From Patellaria atrata CBS 101060 (Eukaryota): a DNA stretch of 64,000 nucleotides. The translations under genes and the position numbers were made by a program. Below, one piece after another: positions 36,127 through 49,326 of this stretch (positions within the stretch are counted from its first letter, which is position 1; every line of letters begins with the position of its first letter). The stretch covers positions 62,001-126,000 of the forward strand of contig MU006111.1 of NCBI GenBank assembly GCA_010093705.1, written 5' to 3'. The notes beneath the pieces were generated by a model. The model had not been told where the DNA came from. It was given only the letters and a program-made list of their open reading frames with translations, and did not search any database.

Positions 36127-37668
36127 TCATCGTCTTCCCCTTCCAAATCTCCCCCCAAACCTACCTTTACCTTTCAAATTCTGATTCTTGATATTCAATC
36201 TCCGGTAATTAGCATGCTTATCTGGGTTTGTATTCTTCTTTATCGACTTCTTCGTCGGTGGGTCTTTCGCAAGAGCAATGGGTTTCCGAGATTTAGGAGC
36301 TTCTTCAGGTGGAGGGGAAGTAGGGGGAGTAGAGTAGCTAAAATTTTCCGTGTCAGAAGGTTCTGAGACATGAAGAAGTGTTTCAATGTCTGTAACTCCG
36401 TGCTGGGTTTCTGGCACCGTGATGGAGAGCTCCGCTTTATCTGCGTCATCAAATTTAGGATCGACTTCGGGTATGAATTGGTCTTGCGCTTTTGGTTTGG
36501 AGCGGACGGGACGCACTGTGTTCTCTCGTTAGTGTCGGGATCTAATGAGCAGAAAAGCGAATAAGTACTTACTATTAACTTTCCTCGTCTGGCGCTTTTG
36601 CCCCTTCTTTTTCCACGTCCGTTGCGGCCTGTTAGTCCCATCCTCATCCTCTGACTCCTCATTCGCGCCGTCCGGACCCAACTTCATAACTACTTGACTA
36701 TCCTCCTCCACCACGGCGGGTTTGGGATCATTCGGTCTCGAAAAGCCCCAACCTTGCTCCTGCTCTAGCTCACGTAGGACGTCCAGCTCGTCATCGATCC
36801 TCTTATCCTCCTGCTCCTTCATTTCCTTTATCATACCACTTAGGCTCCGCCCAAATGTACGCCTTTTCCACGGTTGTGCTATTACGGGCTGTTGTGTGTC
36901 TTCTACGGCAGAATCTAACTCCTGGGTATAACGCCTCAGGAATGCGGGCGTGGAGTGGTGTTTCGATAACGGTGTGAAGTGAGAATCACCATCGCACTTC
37001 TTTAATGGTGTAGCGAATGTATCTAAGAATTTTCTCCTACTTGTCGACATCGGAGTCCTGCTGTGCTTCTCACAGCTGTCGGGAATGTCGCCATTATCCA
37101 GTCGCCTGCTGGGTGTTTGTAGAACATTTAGCGCTAAACCACCCAAGACTTTCCGTTCGGATCTACTCGGTGTTTCTTCTGGTAAGAGATCGAAAAGTCC
37201 TAAGGGCACGCCGTCTTTCTGAGGGGTTGGTCCGAGGAAACGAGCGTTAGAGGGTGTGAACAACCGGCGAGATACAGTGGGAGTGTCGCGTTCAGCATCC
37301 GCATGCGAGTATTCCTTTCTTGGGGTCATAGACAGCGGAGTCTGCTTCTTCGGCGGGGACTCAGGCAGTTCTTCTACCGCTTTACGTTTATGTGATTTTG
37401 GTGGCTTCTTTTCATTTGGAATTTTTCCGGAAAGGACGTCTCTTAGTCTGTTGTATTCTTTGTATTTCGCAGCTATGAAAAAGTTAGGCATATATCATGA
37501 AAAGTGACAGGATCTGGATTCGCCCATACCTATTCCTGGATCCGCCTTGATGTCGGCTCGGTCCGCTCTCCGTCCATTGTTGGCGGTTGCGAAGCTGCTT
37601 TCCCAGGCTTTGAGTTCCTGGCGTAGAACTGTGCTCTTCTCCCGAAGCTCAATCTTTTCATTCGACAT
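36127..37668 (-). CDS. SLD2: DNA replication regulator Sld2/Drc1; 2 introns
   Basis: Sld2/RecQ4-type N-terminus LRQELKAWESSFATANNGRRADRADIKADPGI|AAKYKEYNRLR, LGPTPQKDGVPLGLFDLL, many S/T-P-x-K/R CDK sites, WKKKGQKRQTR, C-terminal HANYRRLNIK. Confidence 0.9.
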
Positions 37669-37749
37669 TCCTGTTTTGGTGGGCGTTTTCCTAAGCAATT
37701 GTTCGGAAAATAATTGAGAGCGGAGGAGTTTGGTATGGGCGGGAGAGGA

Positions 37750-37767
37750 ACGCGTTTTCGGTCGCGT
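37750..37767. promoter_or_regulatory. MCB (MBF) elements ACGCGT and TCGCGT upstream of SLD2
   Basis: ACGCGT at 37750-37755 and TCGCGT at 37762-37767, about 80-100 bp upstream of the ATG of a G1/S replication gene. Confidence 0.6.
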
Positions 37768-38126
37768 TGCGTGACACCCCGCCTTGGCAGACGCTAATAC
37801 ACCTGGCAGCAGACATCTACCCCTGTCAATATTTTCCGTTAGGACAACCTAAAGTCGAAATCTCCCCGGCAACCATTTATGGTGATTAGAGACACGATGT
37901 TACGTGGATGCACCTTATCTTATGCCAGTATTTGAAAAGGTATATATCGGGATATAGAATCATTTCAGACTTAGCAGGATCTACGGTAAGAGCAAGTGTA
38001 AAATCGTATATTACAGGTATAGTGACAGAATGAACACTGCTTAGGCCAAGAGCCCTCAACCAGACATACGCTCTTTAATGTAAGGAGAAAACCCCAATTT
38101 TATCCTCTAAAATCCATCTAAAACAA

Positions 38127-39874
38127 TCAGGAGTGAATGGGTTTCGAATATGTGGCCATGGCAGCCTCCTTGAAGGCCTCCGCAAGCGTAGGATGAGCGT
38201 GACACGTCCTGGCAACGTCCTCTGAGCTTGCACCGTACTCAAGAGCTAAAGTCCCCTCCGCAATCATTTCACCGGCATTTGCTCCGATGATATGAATGCC
38301 GAGTATTCTATCTGTCTCCGCATCCGCCAAGAACTTAACGAAACCGTCGGTATCGAGATTTGTCTTCGCTCTTGAATTAGCCGAAAAGTTGAACTGGCCC
38401 ACGTTGTATTTGACACCAGCTGACTTCAAGTCCTGCTCGCTCTGACCGACCCAGGCGACTTCAGGATGCGTATACATAACGGACGGGATAGCGTTGTAGT
38501 TAACATGTCCGTAGTTCTTGGTGATGAATTCGACTGCAGCAACAGCTTCTTCTTCGGCCTTATGTGCAAGCATAGGACCGAAAGTGCAGTCACCGACCAC
38601 TCGAATATGCGAGAGCTTAGTGCGATATTCCTGATCGATCACAATGCGGCCCCTCTCATCCACTTCTAAGCCGATATTCTCTAACCCGAGTCCAGAAGTA
38701 TAAGGACGTCGGCCGATAGCAACAAGAACAACATCTGCATCCAGCTAAATATTGTTAGTACATAGAATATACCAAGTCCGGGTGGCGCGAATACTCACTG
38801 TCTCCTCCTTACCACCCTTTGCGGCTTCTACGTTGATTTTGATGTTCTCACCGCTATCATCACCCTTTGTGACTTTAGTGTTAAGCTTGAACTTCATGCC
38901 CTGCTTTGCGAGAATCTTCTGTGCTGCTTTTGAGATTTCAACATCCATACCGGGGCCACCGATCTGTCCGAGAAACTCTACAACTGTGACTTCGGCGCCT
39001 AGTCTGCTCCAAACGGAGGCCTAGTGATTCATGTAAGCATACCTTCACAAAGACACCAGAAAAGCCCATACCATTTCCAGACCGATGATACCACCACCAA
39101 TGACAACCATCTTCTTTGGTACTGATTCTAGGGCTATGGCGCCAGTGCTGGTAATAACCCTTTTCTCGTCGATGTTCAAGCCGGGAAATGGTGTCGCCTC
39201 ACTCCCAGTTGCAATGAGAATGTTTTTACCCCGAACGCTTGTTTCTCCGCCATCAACAAGATTCACCTGTACGGTGTGCTCATCCTTAAATGCGCCGGTG
39301 CCCTTGACCCACTCTACGTTGTTTTTCTTGAATAAGAACTCTATACCCTTCGTCAAGCCCGTTACTGAGTCATTCTTTGCTTTCATCATTTGTGTAAGGT
39401 TGAGCTTCAGGTCACCAAATTCGATACCGCGACGCTTAAAATCATGTTGCGCTTGGTGGTATAATTGTGAGTTATTCAATAAGGATTTTGATGGAATGCA
39501 TCCAACGTTAAGACACGTCCCTCCCAGAGTTGCACGTTTTTCTACACAGGCAACCTGGAAGTAATATACGATTAGCCAACAAATCTCCTCCTATGATATA
39601 TATTCTGCGCTTACTTTTAATCCCGATTGTCCGGCCTTGATAGCTGCGACGTAACCCGCAACACCACCACCTATGACGACAAGATCTTTCTCCTCTATAT
39701 AGAGTCAGAAAATCCATGCATTCATATAGGACAAAGCTTGCCTGTTTCTGTAGCATATCCTCTCTTTGCTCGTTCAATGAGATAGAAACTTGATGGGCGA
39801 AAGGTAGCATTTTGTCCGCTGAGCGGCCGTAGGAGCCCTCGCGATGACGGCTTCTGTATTATGTTCTTGAACAT
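38127..39874 (-). CDS. LPD1: Mitochondrial dihydrolipoamide dehydrogenase (E3); 4 introns
   Basis: Presequence [34 protein letters not shown], redox [38 protein letters not shown]. Confidence 0.97.
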
Positions 39875-40181
39875 AGTGGGCGTCAACGAAGATGAAAATT
39901 GAAAAAGGGGACGCCGTGAAGAGCACCGGAAAAAAAGTAAAGGATCCAATTGATGGAATTAGCGGTTGTTGGGTGAACGTTGGGCGAACACAGTAATTTG
40001 CGGAGCACCAGCTCGGAGGTGAAAGCTCCCTTAAAGCGTAATAGCTTGGCATACAGCTACGAACTCTATGGACAATGCTGTGGTCACCACACATCATAAG
40101 GTATTTGTTTGATTACTTCGGCTTGAGAGGTTTCCAACATTGGAAATTCGAATTGAGTATTTACAGCTTAATTCGTAACGT

Positions 40182-42879
40182 CTATCCATCATCGGGAATG
40201 TTCGAAGAGGCGATGTTTACTAAACAGTCTTCCGCCACTTGACATCCCCATCGAACAATTTCTCTCTCAGCAATCGTTCCAGCAATATCTGCCTTAGCTA
40301 CCACCTTATTCAGAAAGTATTGTAGGCCTCTAGCCATGTGTGGTGCACCAGAAGCATCACTGAAGACCTTCATGAGAGTCGTTTGGTTCCGAGATTGACC
40401 GGAACCTTTCTGGGTACAGAGAATGAGCGTATTGAGCACGATTTCCACGAAGGTCTTCGTCTTTACTTGCATGTAGGCGAAGTTGAGGTTCTGTACAGCT
40501 GTAAGCGTGAATCCCAAGGATGAAACCTCGAATTTACCTTCAGTATAGTGATGGGGAGTGCCCCATTTGCGACGAGACCTCCATACATCCGTGCTATGTT
40601 TACGATTTGCCTTGCGTCCACTGCATATTTGTTGTCTTCATCATAATCTCCGATATCATCCTCATTATCTTTTTCCCCCATTTGCCGAAAGAAATCCCAG
40701 AGGCTAAATTGGAATGCCATTTTGAGCTTACGATCTGAGCAGAGCCTTCGGGCAATGAGTGTATAATAAGGGTTGTAACTTTGCTCCGACCCTGCGCATT
40801 GCAGCAAGATACGCGGTATCTCAAGCTCCTGTGACTTCTTCAATCGGAGCTTGAGTAAGCGTAGATGTGCGTCTTTATAATCAGAAGCAGACATTATCGT
40901 TACGAAGATCGCTCTACGAATATCTGTGTTCATGCGTAGATCTCGAGCGAGCTGTAATATGTCAGCAGTCCCGCTATCAATTGACTCTATTCCATTTGCA
41001 AGCTTTGTACTGTCTCTTCTTAAATTGAGACCTTGGTCAACGGCGCTGTCCGCCATATTGGTCTTCCAGCTGGCTCCGACTAACCACCATTTACCCTTTT
41101 TCTCCATATTTTGGAGATCTTCAAGGCCTATCCGAAGCGGTTCTGTTGTCTTTGCGAATCTTGAGCTTAATGATCCCAGTAACTTCTTCATTCGAGTTGT
41201 GTGTTCGGTAAGTAATGTAGATGCAGCAACACCAGTTTTCATCCGGTTGTTCTTGAGGTTATTGATCGTCTCTATCATAAACTTCGTACGCACGGAGAGG
41301 CTAGCATCTCCTACCTTGCCCACTGAGTCTTGGAGCAGAATGACTATATCTTTCAACGACGCAGGATTATCCTGACGCAGTTGAAAGCCCGACACTAGCA
41401 TATTCTAAGTAGGATGAAGGGAAAATGATGAATAGAAAACTAACCTTTGACGATTCTCAGGAGTAACTCGGTATTGGTCTCGGAAATGTCATGAAGGAAT
41501 AGCCGTATATAATCAAACATCAGATTGCTACCGATGAGTTGAAACATATATAGCTGAGCTATAAAGGATATAAGATTAGTGATCTGCTTGCCTTCCGTAT
41601 CGGACGGCTGGGAGTTAAGGTAATGTTGATCGAATTCGGAGACGAGTCGCTCGACAAGATGACCGCCAAAGTCTGGACCTATGGATTTGTATATGGCTGC
41701 GGAGAAAGCAGCATGCAGTAAGAGAAACGTATCCGTTAATATTGTTCTATCTGATATGAGTGTGAGTAGAAGATCTATCAAAGTAGAGGTGACATATTGG
41801 CGCGGATTATTTTGATAGAGCTGTTCAACGTCCCGTAGAATAGTCAATAGATTCGACTCGGAAAGTTTATTGAGTAGACCTTGCGTCTGACGTCGTAGTT
41901 TTGATGCAGATTCAGTGTCTACAGACGGAAGATCTCGAAGGGAAGGTGGAACATATTTCGCAATAGGAGTATGATTTGCTGGGATAGGCGCTCTGTATGG
42001 ATTCTCCCTGGCTTTTGACGGTTGTCTTCTATTTCGCGTGTCCAAAGACACATCTTCATCCTCTTCATTTGTGGATATGGTGTCATGATCCAGTCCATTC
42101 TTTGATTGTTCTCCGTCGCTACTGTCCCAACCATGAGACTCCTCATCGAAGGAAGCGAAGTCGCTAGCAGAATCTTTTGCGTCTTCAGTACTACCTATAT
42201 TCCCTGTATATAGGTCAGCTTTACTAGCTTTTCGTCTCTTGTTCTCCAGCCATTTATCATCCTCTGTTCGCTTGCGCTTCCCACCTCCTGCTCCATCTGA
42301 AACATCACTATCATCCAATCCTTCGAGGAGGAAATCTAGACCGTCTTCCTCAAACGCTTTATTGAATTTCTTTTTTTTGAGACCTAACTTCCGTTCCAAA
42401 GCTGATATATTCTCGTCCTCTTCAGCGAACTTATCTTTCACTGCACGAGATATTCTAGGAGGTGATGGAGTACGACTCTTATATACTGTGACGCTTTGCA
42501 TGTTCTTCTTCAAAATCGACTTCACAGGCTTCTGACCGGATCCCGGCTTAAGAGGAATGAAGGGTTGCGCCTCATCATTGGAATCACGCCCATCCGCAGA
42601 TAGTTCTGTGTCTTCATCTTCCTCGATGTCATACTGAGGGGTTTTTACTATCTGTAGTGTCCGTTTGCTCCTTTGTGCTTTCTTCTGCGTCCTTTCTGCC
42701 TTTCGTGCCTCTTTCCTAGATCTCTGGCCAACATAGTTACGATTTTTACCCTGGGAACCATTGGAGCCTAAAGAGTAGGGTTAGTGCCTAAGATGAGTGT
42801 ATGTACAATAAGCCGTACCTCCAACTTGGTCAAGTATCTCACGAGGCAACTTTGGGCCGTTAAAGGAACGTTGGCGCAT
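40182..42879 (-). CDS. SGD1: Nucleolar MIF4G/MA3 domain protein Sgd1/NOM1; 3 introns
   Basis: KYVPPSLR, RRQTQGLLNKLSESN, SGFQLRQDNPASLKDIV, RTKFMIETINNLKNN, KGKWWLVGASW, RMNTDIRRAIFVTIMSASDY, YNPYY. Confidence 0.93.
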
Positions 42880-43051
42880 GGTGGTATTACTGTACAGTAT
42901 TTGGGTGCAAAGATGAAGCTCTTGAAGGATGCTGAAAAGTTCCAAGCGACGTCAAGCCGTCCCACATCACCCACGTCCACCTCCGCAAAACCTCCGCATG
43001 TTCGGTTGATCTCACCATTTACTACAATACGCTTGTCGCAGCAATATCAAT

Positions 43052-43575
43052 ATGAGTAACAGCCATTTAAGTAACGAGGAGGTGTGTACGAAATCACATG
43101 CTTAGAGCCTCTCTAACTTTTTGTAGTTTTTTTCAAAACTCTCTGAACTGCTGGACTCCAGGCGGGATAAGGACCACGGCTCGATATACCTGACACAAAA
43201 ACGACGTCTGTTTTCGTCTTCATGCCCTAAGACTTCACACTGACCATAGTAGTCGCATTCGACCTCAGCTCAGCTGTATCAACCCCGACCAAAGTCACAG
43301 ACGATCCATTATGGGATTTACACCCTCCGAATCCATTACCCATCATTATCAGGGCCACCAATGGCAAATCTAAAGAGGATAGAGCAAAGGGTGGAAAGAT
43401 CAAGCTATCCACACTTGTACAACCTGACGACTTGGAGGGTTTCTACACCAAATACGCGGAGATATGTAAAGCGGGCATGCAAGCGTTGAAGAAACGGGTC
43501 AGAACTAAGAGGAAGAAGGATAAAGCGAAGAAGAAGAAAGCAGTCACGGCCGGGGAGGGAGAGAAAAAGGGTTGA
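43052..43575 (+). CDS. SRP14: Signal recognition particle 14 kDa subunit; 2 introns
   Basis: MSNSHLSNEE|FFSKLSELL...HGSIYLTQKR, IIIRATNGKSK, KIKLSTLVQPDDLEGFYTKYAEICKAGMQALKKR plus a Lys-rich tail. It is missing from the ORF track because of splicing. Confidence 0.93.
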
Positions 43576-43908
43576 GGGGATCAGAAGTACCAGGATTGAT
43601 TACACTACAAATTAGGGTGGATGCACGCCTGTGAACGACAGTGTTCAGTGAAGACTGCTACAGTGATTCGCTGCATATGTGCTGGATGTCCTACAGCGAC
43701 CACCTAAAGATAACGTTTTTTCGCGGAAACTGTCTAACAGTACTTCACTAGCGCTCATGGGTACCCCTATAGGACGTATGTATGGAAGTCAACTTCTCTT
43801 CCAAACAAAGCAAGCTACACGTAAAATTACCATGTGCGTATTAAAAGACGATAAGCGCTATCTCCGCCGCAGTAGCATCCCAGGAACATTTCGTACCAGA
43901 TACCACTT

Positions 43909-44657
43909 CTACTGAGTGGTCTTTTTCTGAAACCGTACAAGATGAAGGGGCAGTGGGTGTCCCATCCAAGTTGCTCGCTGTGTGTGATCTCGGTACTCGT
44001 CCTCTGTGTTAGGATGTATCAGTGCCGATAGCATCCCGCGGTTTATGACTAGCCAAGGAATGAATGCGCCGAATTGTTCTATAACAGTGAGTATTACTAA
44101 AGCAGCAACCTACCACATGCCACCAATCTTACCTGGAGTGAACACATTTACTTCAAACATTCCCATCGGATGAGGTCCAACCGGTTTCTCCCAAACTCGA
44201 TAGATGCGGAGTTCAGGAACTACAGTTCGCACTACTATCAGCATTTATTTGGCCATAGTTCGCGTTTATGAATCGCAGGAGATGAATTGGATTATTTTCA
44301 GGGGTCACAATACATTCTCTTCGAATTCGTTCCCACAACTTCTTTGCGAAAGTGACCTGGCCCGCATCTGATTGGAGAAAGTAGATGTGAACATCAAACC
44401 CACCGCGCATACCGTTCGTTATTGGAGAAGTAAATGCTAAGTACGCGTCGCTCTTTTCATCCGCAGGCGGGTTGACGAATGACTTTCCATCACTCGATAT
44501 TTCGCTAATGATATGTTAGAGATGCTTAACTGTATACTTCAATATCGTTTGAGGGATCATTTGGTCAGAGGGCTGAACAGTTCTACCTTGGAAGTGGTGG
44601 TAGGTTTTCATAACCTTCTAGAGGATCAGGGTAGTCATATAACCCAGGATCCGCCAT
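43909..44657 (-). CDS. DOPA 4,5-dioxygenase family protein (Amanita DODA type); 3 introns
   Basis: MADPGLYDYPDPLEGY..., GFDVHIYF, LWERIRRE|FPELRIYRVWEKPVGPHPMGMFEVNVFTP|EQFGAFIPWLVINRG.LSALIHPNT...RDHTQRATWMG. Confidence 0.9.
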
Positions 44658-45487
44658 GTTGACTTTTGGATGGAACGAAGTGTTGACTAGATCAGATAGA
44701 ACCACTCTTTACGAATAGTTTTTTCTCTAAAGATAAAAGGAAAAGGAATGTTGAGGACTATTGCAAGATAATAAACTAAGAACATTAGGCTACAAAAAGT
44801 TCCAGGTCGGAACTATATGGAAATAGAGATATAGATTCTACCATCTAGCATTTCCGAATGTTATATCTACAGTATACTAGTACCTTACATACAGTAGATT
44901 TTACAGAAGATGAGTTGCTGACACATCCGCTACGAAAATTTCACCAGTGTGACGGAATAGTTCCGTCCATATCTTACTGTAACTCTATAGAGTACAATAC
45001 TGAGATACATCCCTGATCCGAAAATCGATAATCTCAGAATTTACCAAAGACATACTATAGATTAGTAGTCCTACGTCCTCTAATATTGAGCCAAATAGTT
45101 TTCGAAAATACTTGTTTAACGAATAGGCAAGCCTCCCAAGCCGGTATGATTTCTATGTATAAATCGGTGCTTACTCTTTGTCTCAAGACAGTACTCACTG
45201 TGTATCAATTTGATATTCTACAATTATTTTTCCAGAGGTCTCCTTAGGCGAACTATCTAGCTTGTAAGCACAATGGCGACCTGGACAGATTTGTTCCCCC
45301 ATTCGCAGAGCACCCTCTATTCTTATTCTAGTACTTTCTGATTGAGATTTCAAGCTTTGCTCTTATTTCTCTTTGGGAGGGGATTCAGTATGAAGGTAAA
45401 CTAGTGAGGTCCTAAAAAGAAATTTCTGTGTGGAAAGAGTCTCTACGGCAGTTCTAACTCTCTGTGATGTTGAAACAAAATCCGAGA

Positions 45488-45655
45488 GAGTCACGTGAGA
45501 GGCTATTATTGGATATTGTGGCTTGAAATTGATCTGACGCCACATAGAACTATCCTTATCTGGCCTTGGCGGGGCATATCCCACTTTAGCTTTGACTCAT
45601 GTGAGCCAAATGTTAACGAAATAATAGGAGCTTATAAGAGACAACCAATTGACTC
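45488..45655. promoter_or_regulatory. Gcn4/CpcA response elements plus an E-box upstream of AsnRS
   Basis: TGACTCAT at 45593-45600, TGACTC at 45650-45655, and GAGTCA at 45488-45493 overlapping GTCACGTGA (45490-45498). Aminoacyl-tRNA synthetases are established cross-pathway-control targets. Confidence 0.65.
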
Positions 45656-45687
45656 CGAAAATTTCTTTTTTCGTTATCTACAAAGAT

Positions 45688-47486
45688 ATGGCTGACTCTC
45701 AAAAGCACAAGATCTACATAGACGAAGCTGAAGGGATCGACGAGACCACTCAAGATGGCTCTGAAAGCAAACCATACAAATCTCTCCAATTCGCATACGT
45801 GCAGCATGAAGCAGATGCAGAATATCTCGTCCGTAAGACAGCTCCTGTAGACCCTCCAGAGGCTACCGAGGTCTCTGCCCCACCGGAATGGCAGCCTGCC
45901 CCCAAATCCGGTTTGAAGAAAGCGGCCAACTATGCGGCATCGTTGAAGAAGAAAGCCGCAAGAGCGGAGGCGGACGCAGCTAAGAAGAAGCAAGAGGACC
46001 AAGCAAGAGCAAAGATCTTTGAGGAGGCCAAAAAGGTGGGCATCGAGGAGGACTCAAGTTTACCTAAGGCGATCAAGATCAGGTTGGACGAGAAGGATCC
46101 CGAAAAGATCAAGCTGCGGAAAGGGGCAGATGATCAAGAACGCGGGACAAGAGTCAAGGTGTTTGGTCGGGTACATCGTGAAAGGAAACAGAAGGATGTG
46201 GTGTTCATCACGCTACGCGATGGTTACGGATTCATGCAGTGCGTTCTTACGGGGCAATTGATCAAAACGTACGATATCCTCACCCTGGCACGCGAGACGT
46301 CAATTGAGCTATATGGTGAATTGTATGAGGTCCCACCTGGAGCACACGCACCGGAAAACCGTGAACTTCACGTAGACTATTTTGTCATTCACGAAGGGTG
46401 GAAAGCGGCTGGAGGTGACGAAGCGATAACAAACAGAATATCAAAAGATACAGACCACAGCATTCTTATGGATATGCGTCACCTTACTCTCCGTGGGGAC
46501 GTTGCTTCCTCAGTGCTATTTGTCCGCGATGCGGTAGAATTCGCTTTCCATCAGACCTACAGAGAGACCAAATTACGGAAGGTTAGCCCGCCCGCTCTAG
46601 TCCAGACTCAGGTTGAAGGTGGTGCTACGCTTTTTAAGTTCGATTACTACGGTCAGGACGCATTCCTAACTCAATCGTCACAACTCTACCTCGAAACCTG
46701 CCTTCCATCCATGGGCGACGTCTACTGTATCGAGAAGTCCTTCCGCGCGGAAAAGTCTCTAACTCGACGCCATCTCTCCGAATACACCCATGTCGAAGCT
46801 GAACTCGACTTCATCACCTTCTCAGATCTCCTCGATCACCTCGAACACGTCATGTGTCGCGTCCTTGAGATTACCCTCGCAGACCCCATCATCGCCGGCT
46901 ACATCAAGGAGCTCAACCCAGAGTTCAAGATGCCAGAACGCCCCTTCAAGCGCATGAAATACACTGATGCCATCGAATGGCTCAACGAACACGATATTCT
47001 CAACGAGGAGGGCAAGCCGCATGCTTTCGGTGATGACATTGCCGAGGCAGCTGAGCGCAAGATGACCGATATTATCAACCGTCCCATTTTCCTAACGCAC
47101 TTCCCCGTCGAGATTAAGGCATTTTACATGCCCAAGGACAAGGATGACTCGCGACTTACCGAGAGTGTTGATTGCTTGATGCCAGGTGTGGGTGAGATTG
47201 TTGGTGGAAGTATGAGGATATACAAGTATGATGAGTTGATGGCAGCTTTCAAACGTGAAGGGCTGGATCCGGCACCGTATTATTGGTATACGGACCAGAG
47301 GAAGTGAGTACTCTCAGACGTGTACTTCGATTGGATTCGGGTTGCTAACAGATGAACAGGTATGGTAGCTCTCCTCATGGCGGTTATGGTCTCGGTCTCG
47401 AGCGTTTTCTCGCTTGGTTGTGCAAGCAACATACCGTCAGGGACTGTTGCTTGTATCCGAGATATATGGGTCGTTGCACGCCATGA
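45688..47486 (+). CDS. DED81: Cytosolic asparaginyl-tRNA synthetase; 1 intron
   Basis: [61 protein letters not shown]. Last exon is [19 protein letters not shown]...GRCTP*. Confidence 0.97.
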
Positions 47487-49156
47487 GTCTCTTTTTCGAA
47501 GTCTCATGTCTCCTCAAAGTTCTGCTTTGTCTCCAGCGAGTGTTTTCTCCACCAAGCTGTCTCAATCGGGCAGCATCTTTCTGTTGCACTTATACTTGAT
47601 GTCTTCAAAGAAAATAGATCTTCAACTCGGGAGTGTTGTTGTAGCATGCTTCAATAAATCGCTCAAATGAATGTTCAAATCTCAATCTATCGGACATACC
47701 CAACATACGTGTCCTTCAATCACTCTCTTCGCCCCGTTCATCGTCCCCGCGTCCATTTACCTTGCTCAGGCGTGACACGCAGCTCCATTATCTCCCAGCG
47801 CTACCTCCCTTACCCGAACTTTCCCCATCAGGATTTTCTAGAAAAATGAGGGTGGCTGGGACCAAGTCGCGTTCAAACCTGAAACAATAGATACGCATGA
47901 CAATAGACGTGAGTCAGCCATTGAAGGGGTGGATAGGGAACCCCATCTACCAAAAGTCACGAGACTTGAGGGATGCAGGCACGGAAGGTAGGGCCTATGG
48001 GTTAGCGATGACGTTGTCAGTTGGGAAAGGCGAGGAAGGGTCACGCTCTTCGTAGGGTAACTGGGTTGTGCATTGGGACTTGGATTGTTAGCATAGTACT
48101 AACGAAAGCATTCCCAGAATTTATAGCATCCCCGTCGGTTATAATGATGACGACCGCTTTTTCCATTTGGATATGAGGATGCGTCAAGGAAGATAATGTT
48201 ATAGGAATAGTTTTTGGGCAGCTTTGATATTGGCTCTAGGGAGCAGAGAGTGTAGGGTGGGAGGAAAATGCTTCCTTTTGTACAGGAATAACGGGATGGA
48301 GAGACGGTCGTAGAAACTCGTAGCTAGGTTGGGAAAAAGCCTCTATGAGAGGTTGCAGGAACGAGATGAATGGAAATGGGTATGCTAAAGGGAAGTTTTA
48401 TTAGTCAGCCAGACAGGATCGAATGTCACATGTCACATCACTGAACCGGCAAGCTGAAATCATTTTCAAGACATTCTCATTCTTATCTCCATCTACCCTA
48501 TCCGGTCGCCAGCAAAATCAGAGAGAGAAAGATATGGAGCAAACACAAGCTAGAAGGGCAGAAAAGCTCAGAGGGGAGAGAAACCTAAGCCTAGGAATTT
48601 CTCGTTGGGTGATCGCAAATTGGTAGTTATGAAGTAGAAGACCTGATACTGTACTTAAGTAGACCAAAGCAACGCGACCAAAGATGACCCAACTCTTCGG
48701 TAAAGATCAAGTAAAGCAGAAAATCAGAAAGAAAGCAAGACCACACGATGGAATGATGGTGGTCGATGCGAGATACCGCCCTCTATGCTCCATTAACTTC
48801 ACCGTTTCGCCTGATCGCCATGTGCTATGCTGGAAGGAAAATATAGGGGCAGTTGGAAACGCCGAAGACAAAATATTATGCAAGCTGGGAGGATAGTTGT
48901 TACAATGGGGGGAAGCGTGCATGAAAAATGGCGAGAGGAAGGACTAACTGAGCCTTCTGATAGGGTTGTGTATCGTGAGTTGCAATGAGATGGGTTTCGA
49001 AAGTGACGGAGCCTGATATGAAGAGACTCTAAAGATTCAATGTTACTGTTCTTTCTCGTCGGCGATTCGGAGAAAGGACGAGCAGGGATGAAGAGTATCG
49101 AAGATAAGGTGGAAAAAATTGACAGAGAAGCTCTTTAGAATGATGAATAGATGGAC

Positions 49157-49188
49157 AGAAGTGGCATGCGATAGAAGTGGCATGCGAT
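49157..49188. repeat. 16-bp perfect tandem duplication AGAAGTGGCATGCGAT x2
   Basis: Read directly. It lies in the 3' flank of the PHD gene. Confidence 0.85.
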
Positions 49189-49326
49189 GCGTTAATCCGT
49201 AATGAGCGCATGCTATCTGTCGATATTGATGGTCGGCTATTTGATGACGAAAGCCTGGTCGATCCAAGATTGTAAATTAGGAAAGGCGAACAGCTGGCCA
49301 GCAGCTGGCTTGGATGTAGAGATAAA

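Noticed and set aside
45649..45687. Non-AUG N-terminal extension of AsnRS for mitochondrial targeting
   Set aside because: Only 13 in-frame codons upstream, with no Arg-rich amphipathic character.
48144..49250. Isolated ATGATGA box C-like motifs (48144, 49140)
   Set aside because: No suitably placed box D, terminal stem or recognisable rRNA complementarity.
47487..49326. Telomerase RNA candidate (gap size similar to filamentous-ascomycete TR)
   Set aside because: I found no TAACCCTAA-like template on either strand.
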